Origin: the human T2T-CHM13v2.0 reference genome, Homo sapiens
Strand: one strand, 5' to 3'
NCBI RefSeq assembly: GCF_009914755.1
Contig: NC_060930.1
Length of the DNA stretch: 64,000 nt
Made by a program: the position numbers and the translations under genes
Notes under the pieces: generated by a model
Told to the model about the DNA's origin: nothing
The model's input: the letters and a program-made list of their open reading frames with translations, nothing else
The model's database searches: none
In this document: piece after piece, positions 29,073 to 43,509 of the stretch
How positions within the stretch are numbered: the first letter of the stretch is position 1
Layout: each line of letters begins with the position of its first letter

Positions 29073-31029
29073 TCTATATTTATTTTAGCAGTGAACATCT
29101 TATCAGTTGTATTTTCTATGAACAGAAGCTTTTGTTGACCTATTTACATTCTTTTTCCCTAGGAGGAAAGTCCCTCATCTGAGAATTTCTTGAATGCTAT
29201 TACATTGACTGCTCCCTTCTGTCTTAATAAAGAAAAATGAGACTACAGATTGTGTCTTAGGCTATTAGCATCCTCATTCACACTGCAAATTTATAGTTTT
29301 GAAAAGGAGTAGGAAGGTTTAGGCTTAAAGAAGCAAGTGAATTTGAGTATGTGTCGGTCCCCAAATTTCTATGTATACATCTCTAGAGCATTTCTGAAGA
29401 GATCTGTCATCCTGGCATTTTGGGTAATAGGTTTCACTCCTACTAAGCGACATCGATGTTCACTGTAGAGCAGTGAATGAAGTGTCCTGTTGTTAGAGAC
29501 TGAGCACAGCTGGGTTCGACTTGCCTAGCAACAGGGCTCTAATGTGACTTTTTATTTTGTAAAATTCGGGCCTCTAAAATACTTCATGGCATTTGGAAAC
29601 CTTGTGTCTGTCTTACTGTGCACCGTATGATCAACACCATATGCTGACAGATGAGAATGGAAGCTATTATGTGTTGAAGTATATTGAACCTAGGGTAAAA
29701 CTGGTATAGAATACAAAATGTTCATTTTACACTCTCTCAGGTAGATGATAATTTGAGTAATATTTGCCCATAGAAGAGCAGAAGTCTATAAATGTTGTGT
29801 TCACCATAAAAGAAGCAGAAAAGGAATACCCATAGAGTTGGCTATAAAAAGGAAAAGCCTAACTAGTTTGAAATAATCTTTTTTTCTTTGAATTTCTCCT
29901 ACTTGACCTTCTAAAACTTTTCAGACTCAGTTCATTTCATTCATCCTGTATTATTTATCTTTTGTTCAGCTTTAATCTTGAAAACAAACACAGAGAAGGA
30001 TTTTTGAGGTGCATTTATTTCCCCTCTGAGTTGTGGTTTGATTAGTTTGGAGACTTACTATCCTTTAGGTATTTGCCCTTTCAAATTTCAAATGTGTTCC
30101 TTTTCTTTCCCTTCAGTATTTCCACATTCTTTTGGAATGCTTTTATTTATAGAAAGCAAAATGCAGTCAAAATATAATATTCTTCTATCAGTCAGCTTAA
30201 ATTAATGCTCCCAAAATTATTCTACATTCTTTTAAAAACCATGACTCACTTATAAGACCCCACATAATTTTCAGCTATGCTAAAAATCAGCAGGAAGAGG
30301 AAAAGAGACAGAAATGATAAAATTTTAAAAAATGATTAGTTGGGAAAAGAAAGCATTGTGCAGTTGACTTGCATCAGGGCAATGGAAGTGTGCTGCCAAA
30401 TTCCTTTGGACTTTTTTAAGCTCTACAGCTAAATATTCTGAAGAGTTAGTCTACTTATATTAATTTTGTGTTGGCATGTACTGTATATATATGTGTATAT
30501 ATACATATATATGAGATATTACTAGTAACAATTTGCGATATTAAAATCTATTGCAAGTAATTTTGTGCCAGACAACATATTGCCACTTATATTAGGTACT
30601 TATTTGTTGTTACATTTTATATTATATTATTAAAAAACCTTGAAGACCTTTAGTCTCTGAAATAAAAACCTGTAATTGTTTAATTTTATTTTATGGATAT
30701 GTCAACAGACAGATCTGTGGGGTATTCTATTTCTTTGATTGCTATCTTTCAATGAAGATCTTTCTATTAATCTGCTATTCAGTGTCAGAGTCCACAGATA
30801 AATCCAATGTTTACTTTAGAGCTTTATAAAATGTACACTATTTTAGAACATTTGTAAAAGTGTATGTTGTATTTGAGACTTGCAGTGATATGCATGCATA
30901 ATATGTATAGGTCTGGGGCACGGCAAGGCTGGAGTTAGAATACTCACAACCTTACACACTAACATAGGCCTCCAAAGCAAGTAAGCAGATAGCAGGCTCC
31001 AGTCTCTTTGACAAAGTGACTTCATAAGC

Positions 31030-31225
31030 CACAATAATAGCTATGGTTTTTGAGCTACGCAAATTGTGCTAGATGCTTTACATTTATTACTTCTAATCCT
31101 TATATGAAATGTGAAAAGTTACCTCTCTTTTATATATGAGGAAACGGTCTCAGAGATTTTGCTATTGACCTAGTAAGTTCCAGAAGAATTATATCTGGCC
31201 CCAAAGCCTATTCCATCCACTAAAG
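31030..31225 (-). mobile_element. MIR
   Basis: 'tgctagatgctttaca...atgaggaaacggtctcagaga'. Confidence 0.55.
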
Positions 31226-31429
31226 TATAATATACCAGAATTGAGTGAAAAATAACAAGGTAAAAGAAAGATGTGAGCATGAGTGCTCTTAACACAATGT
31301 AGGAGGAGCAGCTTTTCTAACATCTAACTCAGGTTTTAAAGAAGTCTCACTTGTTCCTTATCACTCAATATTGAAACTAATATAATTGACCAATATGGAT
31401 TTATGCTTCTAGCAGCAAAACATAGCCAT

Positions 31430-31650
31430 GATAAAAAGAACACAGGTTTTCAACTGACCTTACGGTTTTACATCTCAATTCTGCTATTTACTAGATGTGC
31501 AGACTTAAGTGAGACATGTAACACTCTAAGTCTGGCTTTCCTTATCTGTAAAATGCGAATATCTCTATACACGCTTCATAAGCTAGCTGTGCTTAACTAG
31601 AAAATGCATTATAATTACTGTGATGCAAAAGGCTGTCAATAAGGGGCAGA
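31430..31650 (+). mobile_element. MIR
   Basis: 'ctatttactagatgtg...tttccttatctgtaaaatg'. Confidence 0.55.
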
Positions 31651-32637
31651 TATTTTTTCTGAGGCTACACTTCCTAATATGTAAAATTACTTTGGTGAAC
31701 ATTAGTTGAACTGGAGAAGTAAATACAGATCCCAACACATATAGCTATAACTGTTGTGGTTATTTTTAAAAATAAGTCTATTATAGCAGTTTCTAGAGAT
31801 TGTCAGTACTACTATCATTGATTTTGCCTTGCCTTAGGACTTCATCCTCATAAAAAGGTAAGTTTATAGTAATGATTTTGACAGTCTTCGACGGCCACTT
31901 GCTTTCCTAGCCTTGTTTATTCAACCTCTGGACCCAGAGAGAGGAAGACCAGTACTGCTGCAGTCGGCTCCTGCTGCAGGCCTCATAGAGCTGGGTGGGG
32001 TGCATCATTTCATTTGTAAGTAAATCTCAATGATAAACATTCAAATGGTCACATGCTTTGCCCCAAAAGGCATTGATCTCCAGTGAATCTTTTGAAAAGA
32101 CCGTATCATTTGTCATCTTATCTCAGAGGTACAGGTGAAGTCATCAATGTTAAGACTGTACTTAGTCCCAGAAAAGTACCTTTGGCACAGTGGTCCAGTG
32201 CTTGACCGTCCTGCCTCCTGAGCTAACTCCTATGCTTACAAGATGGGATAACAATATGTGAGTACTCCAAAGCTTTGCCCCATTTGCCCACCATAACCCT
32301 ACTCCTCAGTATTTCCCCCCTCTTTCACCCCTAACAAGGGTCCTCCTCCCTACATTAGCAGATCAAAGTACATTCAGCTTTTGTGTTGTAAGAACAGGAG
32401 ATGAATGTGGGGAAACAGATGGGCAACAGGTAAAATGTGAAATTGGTGGCTGGAGAATATTATAAGCGGAAGGAGGGCAGGTACTAAAGAGAGAGGCAGA
32501 AAAAATCCATAGTAGAAACTATAACTAAAATGTAGATATTTGAGGAATATTCTTGTATCTGCTCAAGTAAAGGGCTAGTCATTTTGAAATGACTATTGAT
32601 TGCAAGGATGGTTCTTTTTTGCCCATGGCCACATGCT

Positions 32638-32782
32638 GGAATGGACCCATGTGGATCATGGATTTATAGGCATTAAACTTGCTTCTACTGCTACTGCTAG
32701 CCATAAAATCACAGTGTAACTGAAATTTACCAAAACTAGCTGTTGTGTCTTTCATTTGCCCTCCAGATCCGCTCTTGCCTTG
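32638..32782 (+). repeat. Probable source of the 23825-23970 copy (unique flank plus LTR33 5' end)
   Basis: Direct sequence comparison; only this copy continues into the LTR. Confidence 0.95.
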
Positions 32783-33243
32783 CCTCCCTGCTGCGCTCTT
32801 TTCCATGGAGCCTGATCTGTATGAACTACTTTGACAGACTTCCACACTTCCTGGCTTCTGCTTTCATTCAGGCATTGAAGAACACTAGTAAAAATTGGAG
32901 GAAAGGAGGAGAATGAAGTCAGGGTAGTTATTACCCTGACTCCCTTCATTCAGGATCCCCTCAGGATGATTGTATCCTTGGACAAAAGATCACTACTACC
33001 CTCAAAGGGACCTACTTTGTATCACTTTCTCTCCTCTGGCTTCTGGTAACCACTCTGCCCCATCACCCCTTCAAGCCTAGAAATTCAGCCCCACTGCCCC
33101 CTAGCCCCAGATACCTGCACTATTTCTGTGGTTCCCCTGTACCCCACCTATACCTTTGTAATTACCCTCTTTATTAATAGATTCTCCCCAAATTGTCTAA
33201 ATTTCAGTGTGTCATTTGCTTCCTGGTGGGACCTTGATCTATA
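32741..33243 (+). mobile_element. LTR33-like ERVL solo LTR
   Basis: 'catttgccctccagatcc' start; 'cttcctggcttctg'; end 'gtgtgtcatttgcttcctggtgggaccttga'. Confidence 0.75.
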
Positions 33244-33576
33244 TTCTTACATCAAAATCCCTAGAAAGCTAGCATGATAAGTCAAAATAAGTAGCAAGAG
33301 GAAGGGTCTCGCTATTCAACATCTTCAAATCCTTAGAAGATGGAATTATCTAATTCAGGAACATAGAATTTGTTTTGTTTGGGAAGAGTCCAAAAACTCA
33401 ATTCAATCTATTTCTAGTTTCATTATCTCCCCTATCCCACCTTCTCTGCTACAGAAACTACTTTGCTGCCCAATGTGGCTTTATCATTACCACCTTGAGT
33501 TCCTGCTACTTCTGCTTCAGAAACTGTTGAAGAGATGAGACCAGATGGTCTGTCCTGGTGTGCCAGTCTGGACCAG

Positions 33577-33992
33577 TGTCTTAGCTCATTTTGTGTTGCT
33601 ATAAAGGAATACCCAAGGCTGGGTAAGTTATGGATAAAGAAATGTTTATTTAGTTTATGATTCTGATGGTCAGAAAGGTCAAGATTGGGCATTTGGTGAG
33701 GGCTTCAGTTTGCTTCCACTCATGGCAGAAGGAGAAGAGGAGCTGTGTGTGCAGAGATCACACAGTGAAAGAAGAAGCAAGGGTAGGGGGAGGCACGAGG
33801 CTCTTTTTGGCAACCACCTCTTGAGTGGGAACTAACAGAGTGAGAATTCACTTATCCTGGAGGGAGGGCATTAATCTATTCATGAGGGATCCACCTTCAT
33901 GACCTAAATAGCTCCCATTGGGCCCCACCTCCAACACTGGGAATCAAATTTCAACATGTGGTTTAGAGAGGAAGAACATCCAAATCATGGCG
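33577..33992 (-). mobile_element. MSTB-like MaLR solo LTR
   Basis: 'tgtcttagctcattttgtgttgctataaaggaatacc...aacatccaaatcatgg'; perfect 5-bp TSD accag. Confidence 0.92.
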
Positions 33993-34038
33993 ACCAGAGT
34001 TTCTGCTGTGGGCATGGACTCTACGTTTAAAAACCACA

Positions 34039-34415
<377 letters not shown>

Positions 34416-34599
34416 TCAAGAATGACACAAAGTGTGACACAAACATTCTTCTGGGTTTACTTTGTATGAAAATGGTTCTCTACAGATGGTCACCCTAGGA
34501 AATCAACCTCAGATATTAGAGCAGAAGACATCTTGGCTGTGGTATGTACTAGGCACAGGCCACTGGAATCACCTCTTTCCAATGCCTCAGGTTGTCCTG

Positions 34600-34745
34600 C
34601 TTCTGAATTAGCTCTTTGAGACCAGGGACAGAGACTCAGTCACTTTTGAATTCTGAGGGCCTAGCACCAAACCTCATATGAAGCTGGGGCTAAATATTTC
34701 ACTAGATGAATGAGTGGATGAATGAATGAACAACTGAATGAATAT
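34600..34745 (+). mobile_element. L2 3' end
   Basis: 'gctctttgagaccagggac...gcctagcac...gaatgaatgaa' tail. Confidence 0.55.
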
Positions 34746-35259
34746 TCATGTAGTAAATAAGAATACTCTGGCTCCTCCTCATGACTTTCTCCCTCTTTAG
34801 AGACCAGGAACAATGTTTTATTTTACCTATACTTCACAGCTTTTCACAGTGCCTCATCAGAACAAATTTCCTTTTCATGTAAGCCTCTTCATATTCGTAT
34901 TTTGTCAGGTGTCTTGTTTACAGACCTCTTTATTCTGTTTATTGCAGTGTTTTAACAATACATATGTGCTTTCAATGACATTTCCCTACTAACCAGAAAA
35001 ACTGATAACTAGACATTTGTTACTGGATCAGACTTGGATAAAGAGTCTTTCCTGAGAAGTTTTGAGAGGACGGTCCTCACTTTTCTCCCAGCACAGCATC
35101 GCTACCCCTAGCTCCAACATGGACCTCTGAAAACAAGTAGATGAGGGTGAATCACGAGAAACTTGAACACTACTCACTGGCTTTAAAATGTGCCTATGTG
35201 TTAGTGGCTGAGTATCTAAGAGTATCTCTATCTGAGATGTAATGCATATGGTTAATATA

Positions 35260-35480
35260 AGAGATCCCATGTGTCTGGTATTTCTAAAGTGCCAGGCACT
35301 GATCTAAGCCCTTTTTATGTTTAAAGTCATTTAAAATTTACAACAACCTTATGAGGTAGACAGAAACTGAGGGCAGACAGTGTTAAATAACATGCTGAAG
35401 AGCAGACAGCAAGGAAACAAGCTTTGAACACATGCCCTCTGGGCCTGTGAGCTACCCAGGACCCATTGCATTATACCACA
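35260..35480 (-). mobile_element. MIR
   Basis: 'gtgccaggcactg...caacaaccttatgaggtag...gaaactgagg'. Confidence 0.7.
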
Positions 35481-35959
35481 TGGCATTGAAAGAAGCAGCA
35501 GTTCTTTGTCTTCTCAAACCAACAATCTCCAAACCCAGAGACCCACCTCCAGCCACAAAGATCTTAAATGGAGAATATACAACTAAGAGCTTGAAAGAAT
35601 ATTAAAGCAGTAAGCTTAGAGGTCAGGCTTTGACTAGCACAACACCTTCCAAAGGCAATAAAAAGTAAAGGCCTTTTGTCCAAGGAAAATCCCCAGTGGC
35701 TCTTGGGCCCCACTGAAGGAACTCCAGCAGGCTTACATGAGACTTCTGCATGACCTTTAAGGGTTAGGAAAGTCACAGAAAAGAAATCACATTCCCTGGG
35801 CTGTTGGACACACATAATGATACTCAAAGGATGTGTCTGCTGAGCACACACAGGAGGCAGTTAGCAGGGTGGGGGTCAAGCTGAGATGGCATTTCAGTGA
35901 AAGGACTCCCCAGAAACTCTGAAAAAATGGATGGTAAACAAGAGTCAAAACACAGTCGC

Positions 35960-36156
35960 TTTTCTTTCTTGTACATATTTCTGTGTGTCCTCTCCTCTTC
36001 TTATAAGGACACCAGTTATTGAATTTAGGACCCACTCTAATCCAGTATGACCTCATTTAAGCCACATATATCCACAAAGATGGTATTTCTAAATAAGGTC
36101 ACATTCTGAGGTTCCTAGTGGACATGAATTTTGGGAGAACACTATTCAACTATAAG
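35960..36156 (-). mobile_element. Partial MLT1 LTR
   Basis: 'cttataaggacaccagtt...ccactctaatccagtatgacctcat...aaataaggtcacattctgagg'. Confidence 0.8.
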
Positions 36157-37209
36157 CATTAATAGTAGGTATCCTTAGTTTGCCACAAACAACAAAAGCA
36201 GGGGTTCTGATCCGAATTTTATATTGGAAATTCAGAATATAAATATATGCTTCATCTTCCAATAGGAAAGTATAAAATATATTGTACTATGGTGTCTTTT
36301 GAGAGATTAAAAAACATAGAAAATAGTTTTGTATGCAAATACGAAAGTTGTAATGTTCCTGTCTTGGCTTCCAGCAAAATCATGCATTAAATAGGAAGCT
36401 CAAATGTCATCTAATGTTCTTCAATTGAAGTAACTGACTATATTGAGAATAAATGCTGTACCAGCTAAACATGCAGTGGAATACATTTGGGGCATCTAGA
36501 TTCAGACCTATACTGCTTTCCTGATTTTTCTCTCCTGGTAGTAAGGACATGATTGTGTACCGCTTGATTTCATTTTCCAAAGAGCACCGTTAGACTCTTT
36601 GTATACTTATAACGGCAGGTGACGTGGTTGATTTCTGTAGGTAGTCTATTTACTCAATTAAACTAGAATATCATTGAGTCAAAGACTCATCTAATTAGCT
36701 AGTATAATAAATCAAACACCACTAATTTGGTTGTTCTCAATGCCACAGCACTTTTTAAAGGTCACTTCCAAGGTGTCTACAATTAGCAGCTTGTCGCCCT
36801 GAAGAAATAGTCTGGCCAGACTGAATTGCTCCATGGTGGGAGAAGTAATTTGGCAACAACATGCTGTGTTGTTATAATAAACAGCCTAGCTATTATCCTC
36901 CATTTTTTGCTGCCTAAATTATTTTTCTTTCTCTCTTTTCTTCTTTTTTGTTCTTAAAGCAGTTCTTTGACTCAAAGAAATGTGTCTTTTTATCTATTTC
37001 AGTTATGTATTTGAAACATCAATCAACACTGTAGCTATAAAAAAATTTTAAAAATAAGAATTATTTAGATTGTAGCTTTATATTTATTTTTTTCTACATT
37101 TACAGTTCTTAGATACAAGCTAATTTTGGGAGGAAGCTAATTTAAATCCCAAACTGATTAGTGATTCATGAATTCTTTTGTCTTAAATAAAGGCAATAAT
37201 ACTTAGCAC

Positions 37210-38130
37210 TCCTAATGCAGAGAGACGCCTTCTTTGGAAACTTGCTTATTCTTCCCTTCCATGACATCCTTTCTCTGGTTCTCCTACTGACTTTCCCCTG
37301 AACTCTCTTTCACAATCTTTCTCAGGTTCCTGGTTTCCTTCTTCCCTTTGAGGGATTCTATTCTCAGTCTTTCTACCCATGGTTTCCTCGAGGGACATCA
37401 TCCCATTCCAGGGTGTCATTAACTCACAACTCACAAATCAACTCCAAAACCTGACAATTTCCTATGAAATGGACCCATCTTTCCATTATATACAAGAAAC
37501 AGGCCATGTACACTGAAGAGCTAAAGTAGATGTAATCAAGCATAATACATAAAACAAAAAAAAATGTTTGCTGAAAGTACTCAGGAAAGGGAGCAATTCT
37601 TTGTGTCCCAAGTTACTGGAAAGAGCCACAGGAAGAAAGAGTGTGTTTAAAAATCACCAGTTAGTATGATTTTTGCAGGGAGAATAAGAGAAAAGACATT
37701 TGAGACCATGAGAACCCCATGAACTATGCAGGAAAGTGGAAATGAGAAAGAGCGTGTGGAAGGTCATAAGGAGACCATCCCAGCTGGCACAGCAAGCGTG
37801 TGTTAGGCATCAGGAGGTCAAGCTGGAGAGATAAAGACCAGACTGTACGGAAGAGTGAATGCCAGGGTGAGACCTTTGAAGGTCATCTGTGAAAGGTTCT
37901 GGAAGTCCTGGCGTGGGATAATGAACATGATGGGTTGGGCGGATCAGGCCGGTGGAAGGGTGTTTGATGAGTGGCACCCAGGAAAACTAGTTAGAGGGCA
38001 GTTGTGGCAATTAAAGCATGAAATGAGGAAGATGTGGCAGAGAGTGAAGAAAGACTAACTCTGAGAGGTAATTCCAAAGAAGGATCAACCGGTCCCCATG
38101 GCAGATTTAATGTGGGAGATAAACAAGCAG
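37210..38130. mobile_element. L2 fragments (apparently both orientations)
   Basis: 'ttctttggaaac...cttccatgacatcctttctctggttctcct' and 'gaaaactagttagagggcagttgtggcaatt'. Confidence 0.5.
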
Positions 38131-38159
38131 GAAACAGATAGAGGTGCAATGTGATGAAG

Positions 38160-38310
38160 AACTAAGTGCAGAAACCAGGGGTGAGTTCATTACCAGCCCT
38201 GCCACTGAATAGCTATTTGAACTTGAGTAACTGTCTTAGCCTTCTTGAGCATCAACAAAATGAGGTAGTTAGACTGGACAACTCTTAAGGTTTCTCCTCA
38301 CCTCAATTTT
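38160..38310 (+). mobile_element. MIR3-like fragment
   Basis: 'ccagccctgccactgaatagct...aaaatgaggtagttagactggacaactcttaaggtttc'. Confidence 0.55.
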
Positions 38311-38904
38311 AATGCCCAATGATGCCCAAGAGAAGGCTTACATTTAGGCTTAGATTTATCATGGCCTTTCTGCATCTCTGGTCACTTCACTGTAAATGAT
38401 CATATTTTCCTTATTGGGGTATAGAGAATTTTGTTAGTTTTGAAATAAAATGTGGGGTAAGTGATTTATATTAACAACATAACCACAAATACCTTTGGTG
38501 CCCCACGGTTATCTTCTCTCCAGCATCTTTGGCATTTTAATGGTGAGGAAGGGCAGGACAAGAGAGGAATGTTTTCCCCAAATGTTTGTTTGATGACTGA
38601 TAGACCTTGCAAGCCAATTCTTAAGTATAAAGCTTCAGGATTCCTGTATATATCAAAACTGGTCAAAGAATACTGATCCAAAATGTTTAAACTGCTATAA
38701 TTTCAATATCCAAATATGTGGTTTGCTTAAGAGGCTCTATCTATGGTCCAAATTCCATGGTTATATCACTTGAAGTCAAGTTAAAACAATGAAAGCCTCC
38801 TGCAAAGTGACTCTCAAAATTGTTTCTTCTTTGATTCACCCCAAAGCAAAGAGAAAACAGGAGCTACCTCCCCTTCACTGCTCTGTATGCCATTGTGAGA
38901 AAGA

Positions 38905-39155
38905 ATTAATAAGACCTACTATTTGATAGCACAGAGGGTGACTATAGTCAACAATATTTTAAACATACATTTGAAAGTAACTAAAAGAGTATAACTGGAT
39001 TATTTGTAAAACAAACAATAAATGCTTGAGGGAATGAATACCCCATTCTCCATGATGTGACTATTATACATTGTATGCTTATAGCAAAACATCTCATGTA
39101 TCCCATAAATATGTATACCTATATGTACCAACAAACATTAAAATTAAAAATTTCA
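38905..39155 (+). mobile_element. L1MA 3' end
   Basis: 'aataagacctactatttgatagcaca...gggtgactatagtcaac...ccattctccatgatgtg...cccataaatatgtatacct'. Confidence 0.88.
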
Positions 39156-39247
39156 AAACAGGGGAGAGAGAGAAGGAAAAGAAGTTAATTTCCCAACTTC
39201 TGCTCATTTTCTCTGCAGGGACATATTGGGCCATCTTTGAAGGGTGC

Positions 39248-39733
39248 TATATTAGTTTTCTATCGCTGCTATAACAAATTACCATAAATTTAGTGGCTTC
39301 AAACAAAATGAATGTATCAATTCATAATACTGCAGGTCAGAGTTTGATACAGTTCTGACCAGGCTAAAATCAGGGTGTGGGCAGGGTTGCATTCCCTTCT
39401 GAAGGCTCTAGGGGAGAATCTATTTCCTTGTCTTTCAAGCTTCTAGAGATGGCTCCTTGCTGCAACTGCAAAGCCAGCGTCATCCCGTCTCTAACTATTC
39501 TCCCCTAGTCACATCTCCCTAGGCCCCAACCAGGGAAGATCCTCCACTTTTAAGGACCCATGTGATTAAATTGGACTCACCTGTATAATCCATAAAGCTC
39601 TCCCCATCCCAAAGTCAAAGTGCTTAACTTAATCACACCTACAAAGTCCCTTTTGCTATGCAAGGTAATTCATTTACCAGTCCCAGGGATTTGGACGTGG
39701 ACATCTTTGAGGGGCTATTATTCTGCCTATCAC
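39248..39733 (-). mobile_element. MLT1 (D/E-type) MaLR LTR
   Basis: 'tattagttttctatcgctgctataacaaattacc...ggctctaggggagaatc...attctgcctatcaca'. Confidence 0.87.
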
Positions 39734-39967
39734 AGGGACACAAAATGTGCAATTATTATCCTGGGTCATAGTCATGTATTCATCTTGAAGAGAAGTTTAT
39801 ATGATAAAGCTATGCAGCAGGCAAAAGAAAACAAAAAAAGAAGGTCCCAATGAAATGCTTTAGTAACAAATCAGTAAAAAGGGTGGGCACAGCCTGACAT
39901 GTTTTGCCATCAACAACGTAAGTCACCACAGTCAAGAGGAAGTATTAAAAAGTATAGCAACTCATGC

Positions 39968-39998
<31 letters not shown>

Positions 39999-41044
39999 GA
40001 ATCAAGGGCTCTTCAAATATTCTCTTGATTTCATGTTTAACATCTGGAAAATAAGGCTTATGTGGAGGAGATTATTATGAGAAATGAGAAATCCTTGGTA
40101 AAGAAAAAGGTATTTTTCCTCTTTAGAATTCCCAACACATTTCTATTTTGGTTATTTTAGACTATATTTTGAAACTTGGAAATTTTAAAGTTATATTTCA
40201 ATCTCCTGATTCAAATAAGAATCTTAAAATGATATTTCTGGTGTTGTTTAAAAATGAATAAACAAAAAACCGTTTTTAAGAGATCAGCATGCACCACATC
40301 AAATAATCTCTGAAGCATTATCCTGAAATACACAGAGCCTTAATTTCTGCCATATCAGGCAACTCAGGTATCTGAGAATGTCTGAGGAACACAGTATTGT
40401 GAAATGTGTTCTTATAAGGCCTGCAAGGAAAGAAATACAAAAGCCACCCCTTATTTGACTCCTGAAGTTCAGCAACTTTACGAAGCTCTTTCATTACCCA
40501 AGCATCATTTTCTTTTCCATTTGTTTTCAACTTGTAAAATGGTACAGAATTTTATGCAGTTTTCTCTTTCCATTTATGATTCAATTGCATATATTTTCTC
40601 TTATAGTTTTAAAGAAAGCTGTTTGCTTACACAACTGTATTGCATAATGTACTGAATTCTGCTAACATCTAATAACAGAGTATGCAGAGCTTTTGGAAAC
40701 ATGCTCTGTTCAAACCAATCATCTACATTGATCTCATATTAAGAGTACTTGTAGAGTACATAAAGCAATAGCTCTTTCCTTCTACCCATGATTTTTGCAT
40801 GTACTTTTTTCTTTACTTTCAGTAACTATTTTGGAAAGTTGGATAAATGTTCACAAGGTGGTAGAGATAAAGAACTGCTAAAAAGAAAGCTGTCGCAGGT
40901 TCAACCTGAAGTTGTTGACACTGTTGAGATGTGAACACTCTCTTTATGTTCTTGAAATCATCAGTAAAATCTGTTACCCACTAAAAGCCTCTTGTGGAGC
41001 AAAGGGTGTATTTGGTTTGTTTATTGTGGAAACAGTGAAAAGCC

Positions 41045-41199
41045 TGAGCACTTCACCTGCTCCATGAGAGGTGTTCCAGAACAGCAAAGAAACTGAGTTA
41101 TTTCAGCAGAAGCTTAAGCTCAGAGAGTGATGTACCCACAAAAAAAGTGATGAGGACTAACACAGGGAACAGAACGGATGAGGCTTTGAACTGATCTTA
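41045..41199 (+). repeat. 155-bp diverged direct repeat, partner at 43345-43497
   Basis: Hand alignment 121/155 identical; shared 'aaactgag.tatttcagcagaa' and 'aggactaacacaggga'. Confidence 0.9.
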
Positions 41200-41240
41200 T
41201 ATGGATCTCGATAAGGGACCCAAGTTAACATCTGCATTAG

Positions 41241-41552
<312 letters not shown>

Positions 41553-41557
41553 TAATA

Positions 41558-41710
41558 TATTTTTTTTAACAACTTTATTGAGGCATGACACATAAAAAGT
41601 TGTATATATGTAATGAATACAATGTGATACATCAGGGAATAAATATATACCCATGAAACTATCATCACCATCAAGGCCATAAATATATCCATCACATCCC
41701 AAAATTTCTT
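41558..41710 (-). mobile_element. L1MA/MB 3' end
   Basis: 'aactttattgaggcatgacacataaaaagttgtatata...tccatcacatcccaaaatttc'. Confidence 0.8.
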
Positions 41711-42419
41711 CAAAATATTTCTCTACCTAGCCTCTCACCACCTTGAAAAGCTGATTTTAATTCAAAGTAAGTTTTAAGTCAAAATATACTCAGTATATAA
41801 AAGCTAAGCATATAATTATGTGTGTGCTTATCTTTCCCAAAAAAGAATAGTATAAGAATATTCTGTATATAGAGAAATGCCCATCAAAGTTGACAACTGC
41901 TTACCAATTTATTTTTTGTCTCAACCATTAAAGTTGGGGAAGTCATGAATAGAACTTTAAAATTTTCTCATATGGTTCTATACACTACATATAGCTAATT
42001 TTGACCATATTTCTATCTCATCTCCCATTTCCATTTCAAATTCCTACACCTGCAGCATATTAGTTCCACTCCCTATTAAAATTTGTTTTCCTCTGATTCA
42101 TTTCTATGCTTCACGCAACCTGATGTCCATGTTGATCACTCCTCTGAAATTGCTCTTTCTGCTGTAGCCAGTGACATCCTCTGGCTCAAATCTAATGTCT
42201 TCTTTCATTTCCTTTTAGACTTTCCTCACCTTCTTATCAGATCCCTGAGTATATTACTTTTCTAATCTTCTGATCGGCATCAACTTCATGGACACCCTAA
42301 ACTCCCAGTATTTACAATGACTTACTATGGCTTTTAAGAAAAGGCCTTTTGTGTTTTCCTTGCCTACTCTTGTTTTACATTATTTTAGAGTTTCAAAAAC
42401 CCTAACTGTAACACCATTT

Positions 42420-42625
42420 ATATTTTCAACAATATACGTTTTCAGATAGCTGGAAGAGCAGATTTTGAATGTTCTCAACACAAAGAAATGATAAATATGT
42501 GAGGTAATGAATATACAAATTACCATGGTTTGATCACTATACATTGTATACATGTATAAAAATATCACACTGTATCCCATAAATATGTATGATTATTATG
42601 TGTTAAAAATAATAAAGCAAAAAAA
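42420..42625 (+). mobile_element. L1MA 3' end
   Basis: 'gattttgaatgttctcaacacaaagaaatgataaat...cccataaatatgtatgattattatgtg'. Confidence 0.85.
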
Positions 42626-42808
42626 CAGTAATTAGGGAAAATGAAAATAGAACACCCTAATTGGCTGAATTCAATTTATGAATATTTTATTTAATTTTTT
42701 ATGTTACTACCTATATGTAGGTGACCCCCAACCATCTTTTACTAACTCTCTAGTTCTAAGATTTTTATAAAATGTATCCCAAATTTTCTCACCTTATTTT
42801 TATCACCC

Positions 42809-43222
42809 TCATATAATTTGGATATCTGTCCCTATCCAAATCTCATGTTGAATTGTAATCCCCAATGCTGGAGGTGGGGCCTGATGGGAGGTGTTTGGAT
42901 CATGGGGGTGGATCCCTCATGGCTTGGCACTGTTTTCATGATAGTGAGTTCTCATAAAATCTGGTCATTTAAAAGTGTGTGGCACCTCGCCCCCACCCTC
43001 ACTCATTCTCTCTTGCTCCTGCTTTCACCATGTGAGGTGCCTACTCCCACTTCACCCTCTGCCGTGATTGAAAGCTCCCACAGGCTTCACGAGAAGCCCA
43101 GCAGATGCCAGTACCATGCTTCCCGTACAGCCTGCAGAGCTGTGGGCCAATTGAGCCTTTTTTCTTTAAAATTACCCAGTCTCAGGTATTTCTTTATAGC
43201 AATGCAAGAACAGCCTAATACA
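42809..43222 (+). mobile_element. MSTB/MSTA-like MaLR solo LTR
   Basis: 'ccaaatctcatgttgaattgtaatcccc...aaattacccagtctcaggtatttctttatagcaatgcaagaacagcctaataca'; perfect TSD caccc. Confidence 0.93.
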
Positions 43223-43344
43223 CACCCTAAAAAAGAATTCTTTTTTGAACAACTTGTTATGCTTTCAAATCCTCTGCAAATGGATAATTTCAAAGCCTAT
43301 TTCAGTCTTTAATTTTCCAAATTTCACATATATATTAAAGAATT

Positions 43345-43497
43345 TGAGCACTTCCCCAGTACTGTGAGATATCTTACACGGAAGCACATAAACTGAGCTA
43401 TTTCAGCAGAATCTTGAGCTCAGACAGTGATGTAACTACAGAAAGGTGATCAGGACTAACACAGGGATAGAAGAGTTGAGGGTATGAACTGGTCTTA
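43345..43497 (+). repeat. Partner of 41045-41199
   Basis: Hand alignment as above. Confidence 0.9.
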
Positions 43498-43509
43498 GAA
43501 TCCATACAT

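Noticed and set aside
31853-32022. Donor-like AAG|GTAAGT and TTT|GTAAGT
   Set aside because: No convincing paired acceptor or reading frame; such motifs are frequent by chance.
41148-41194. C/D snoRNA-like boxes (GTGATGA...CTGA) in the duplicated segment
   Set aside because: Only about 47 nt, no terminal stem, and both boxes are altered in the partner copy (GTGATCA, CTGG).
42818-43312. 164-aa ORF
   Set aside because: Read-through of the MST LTR.
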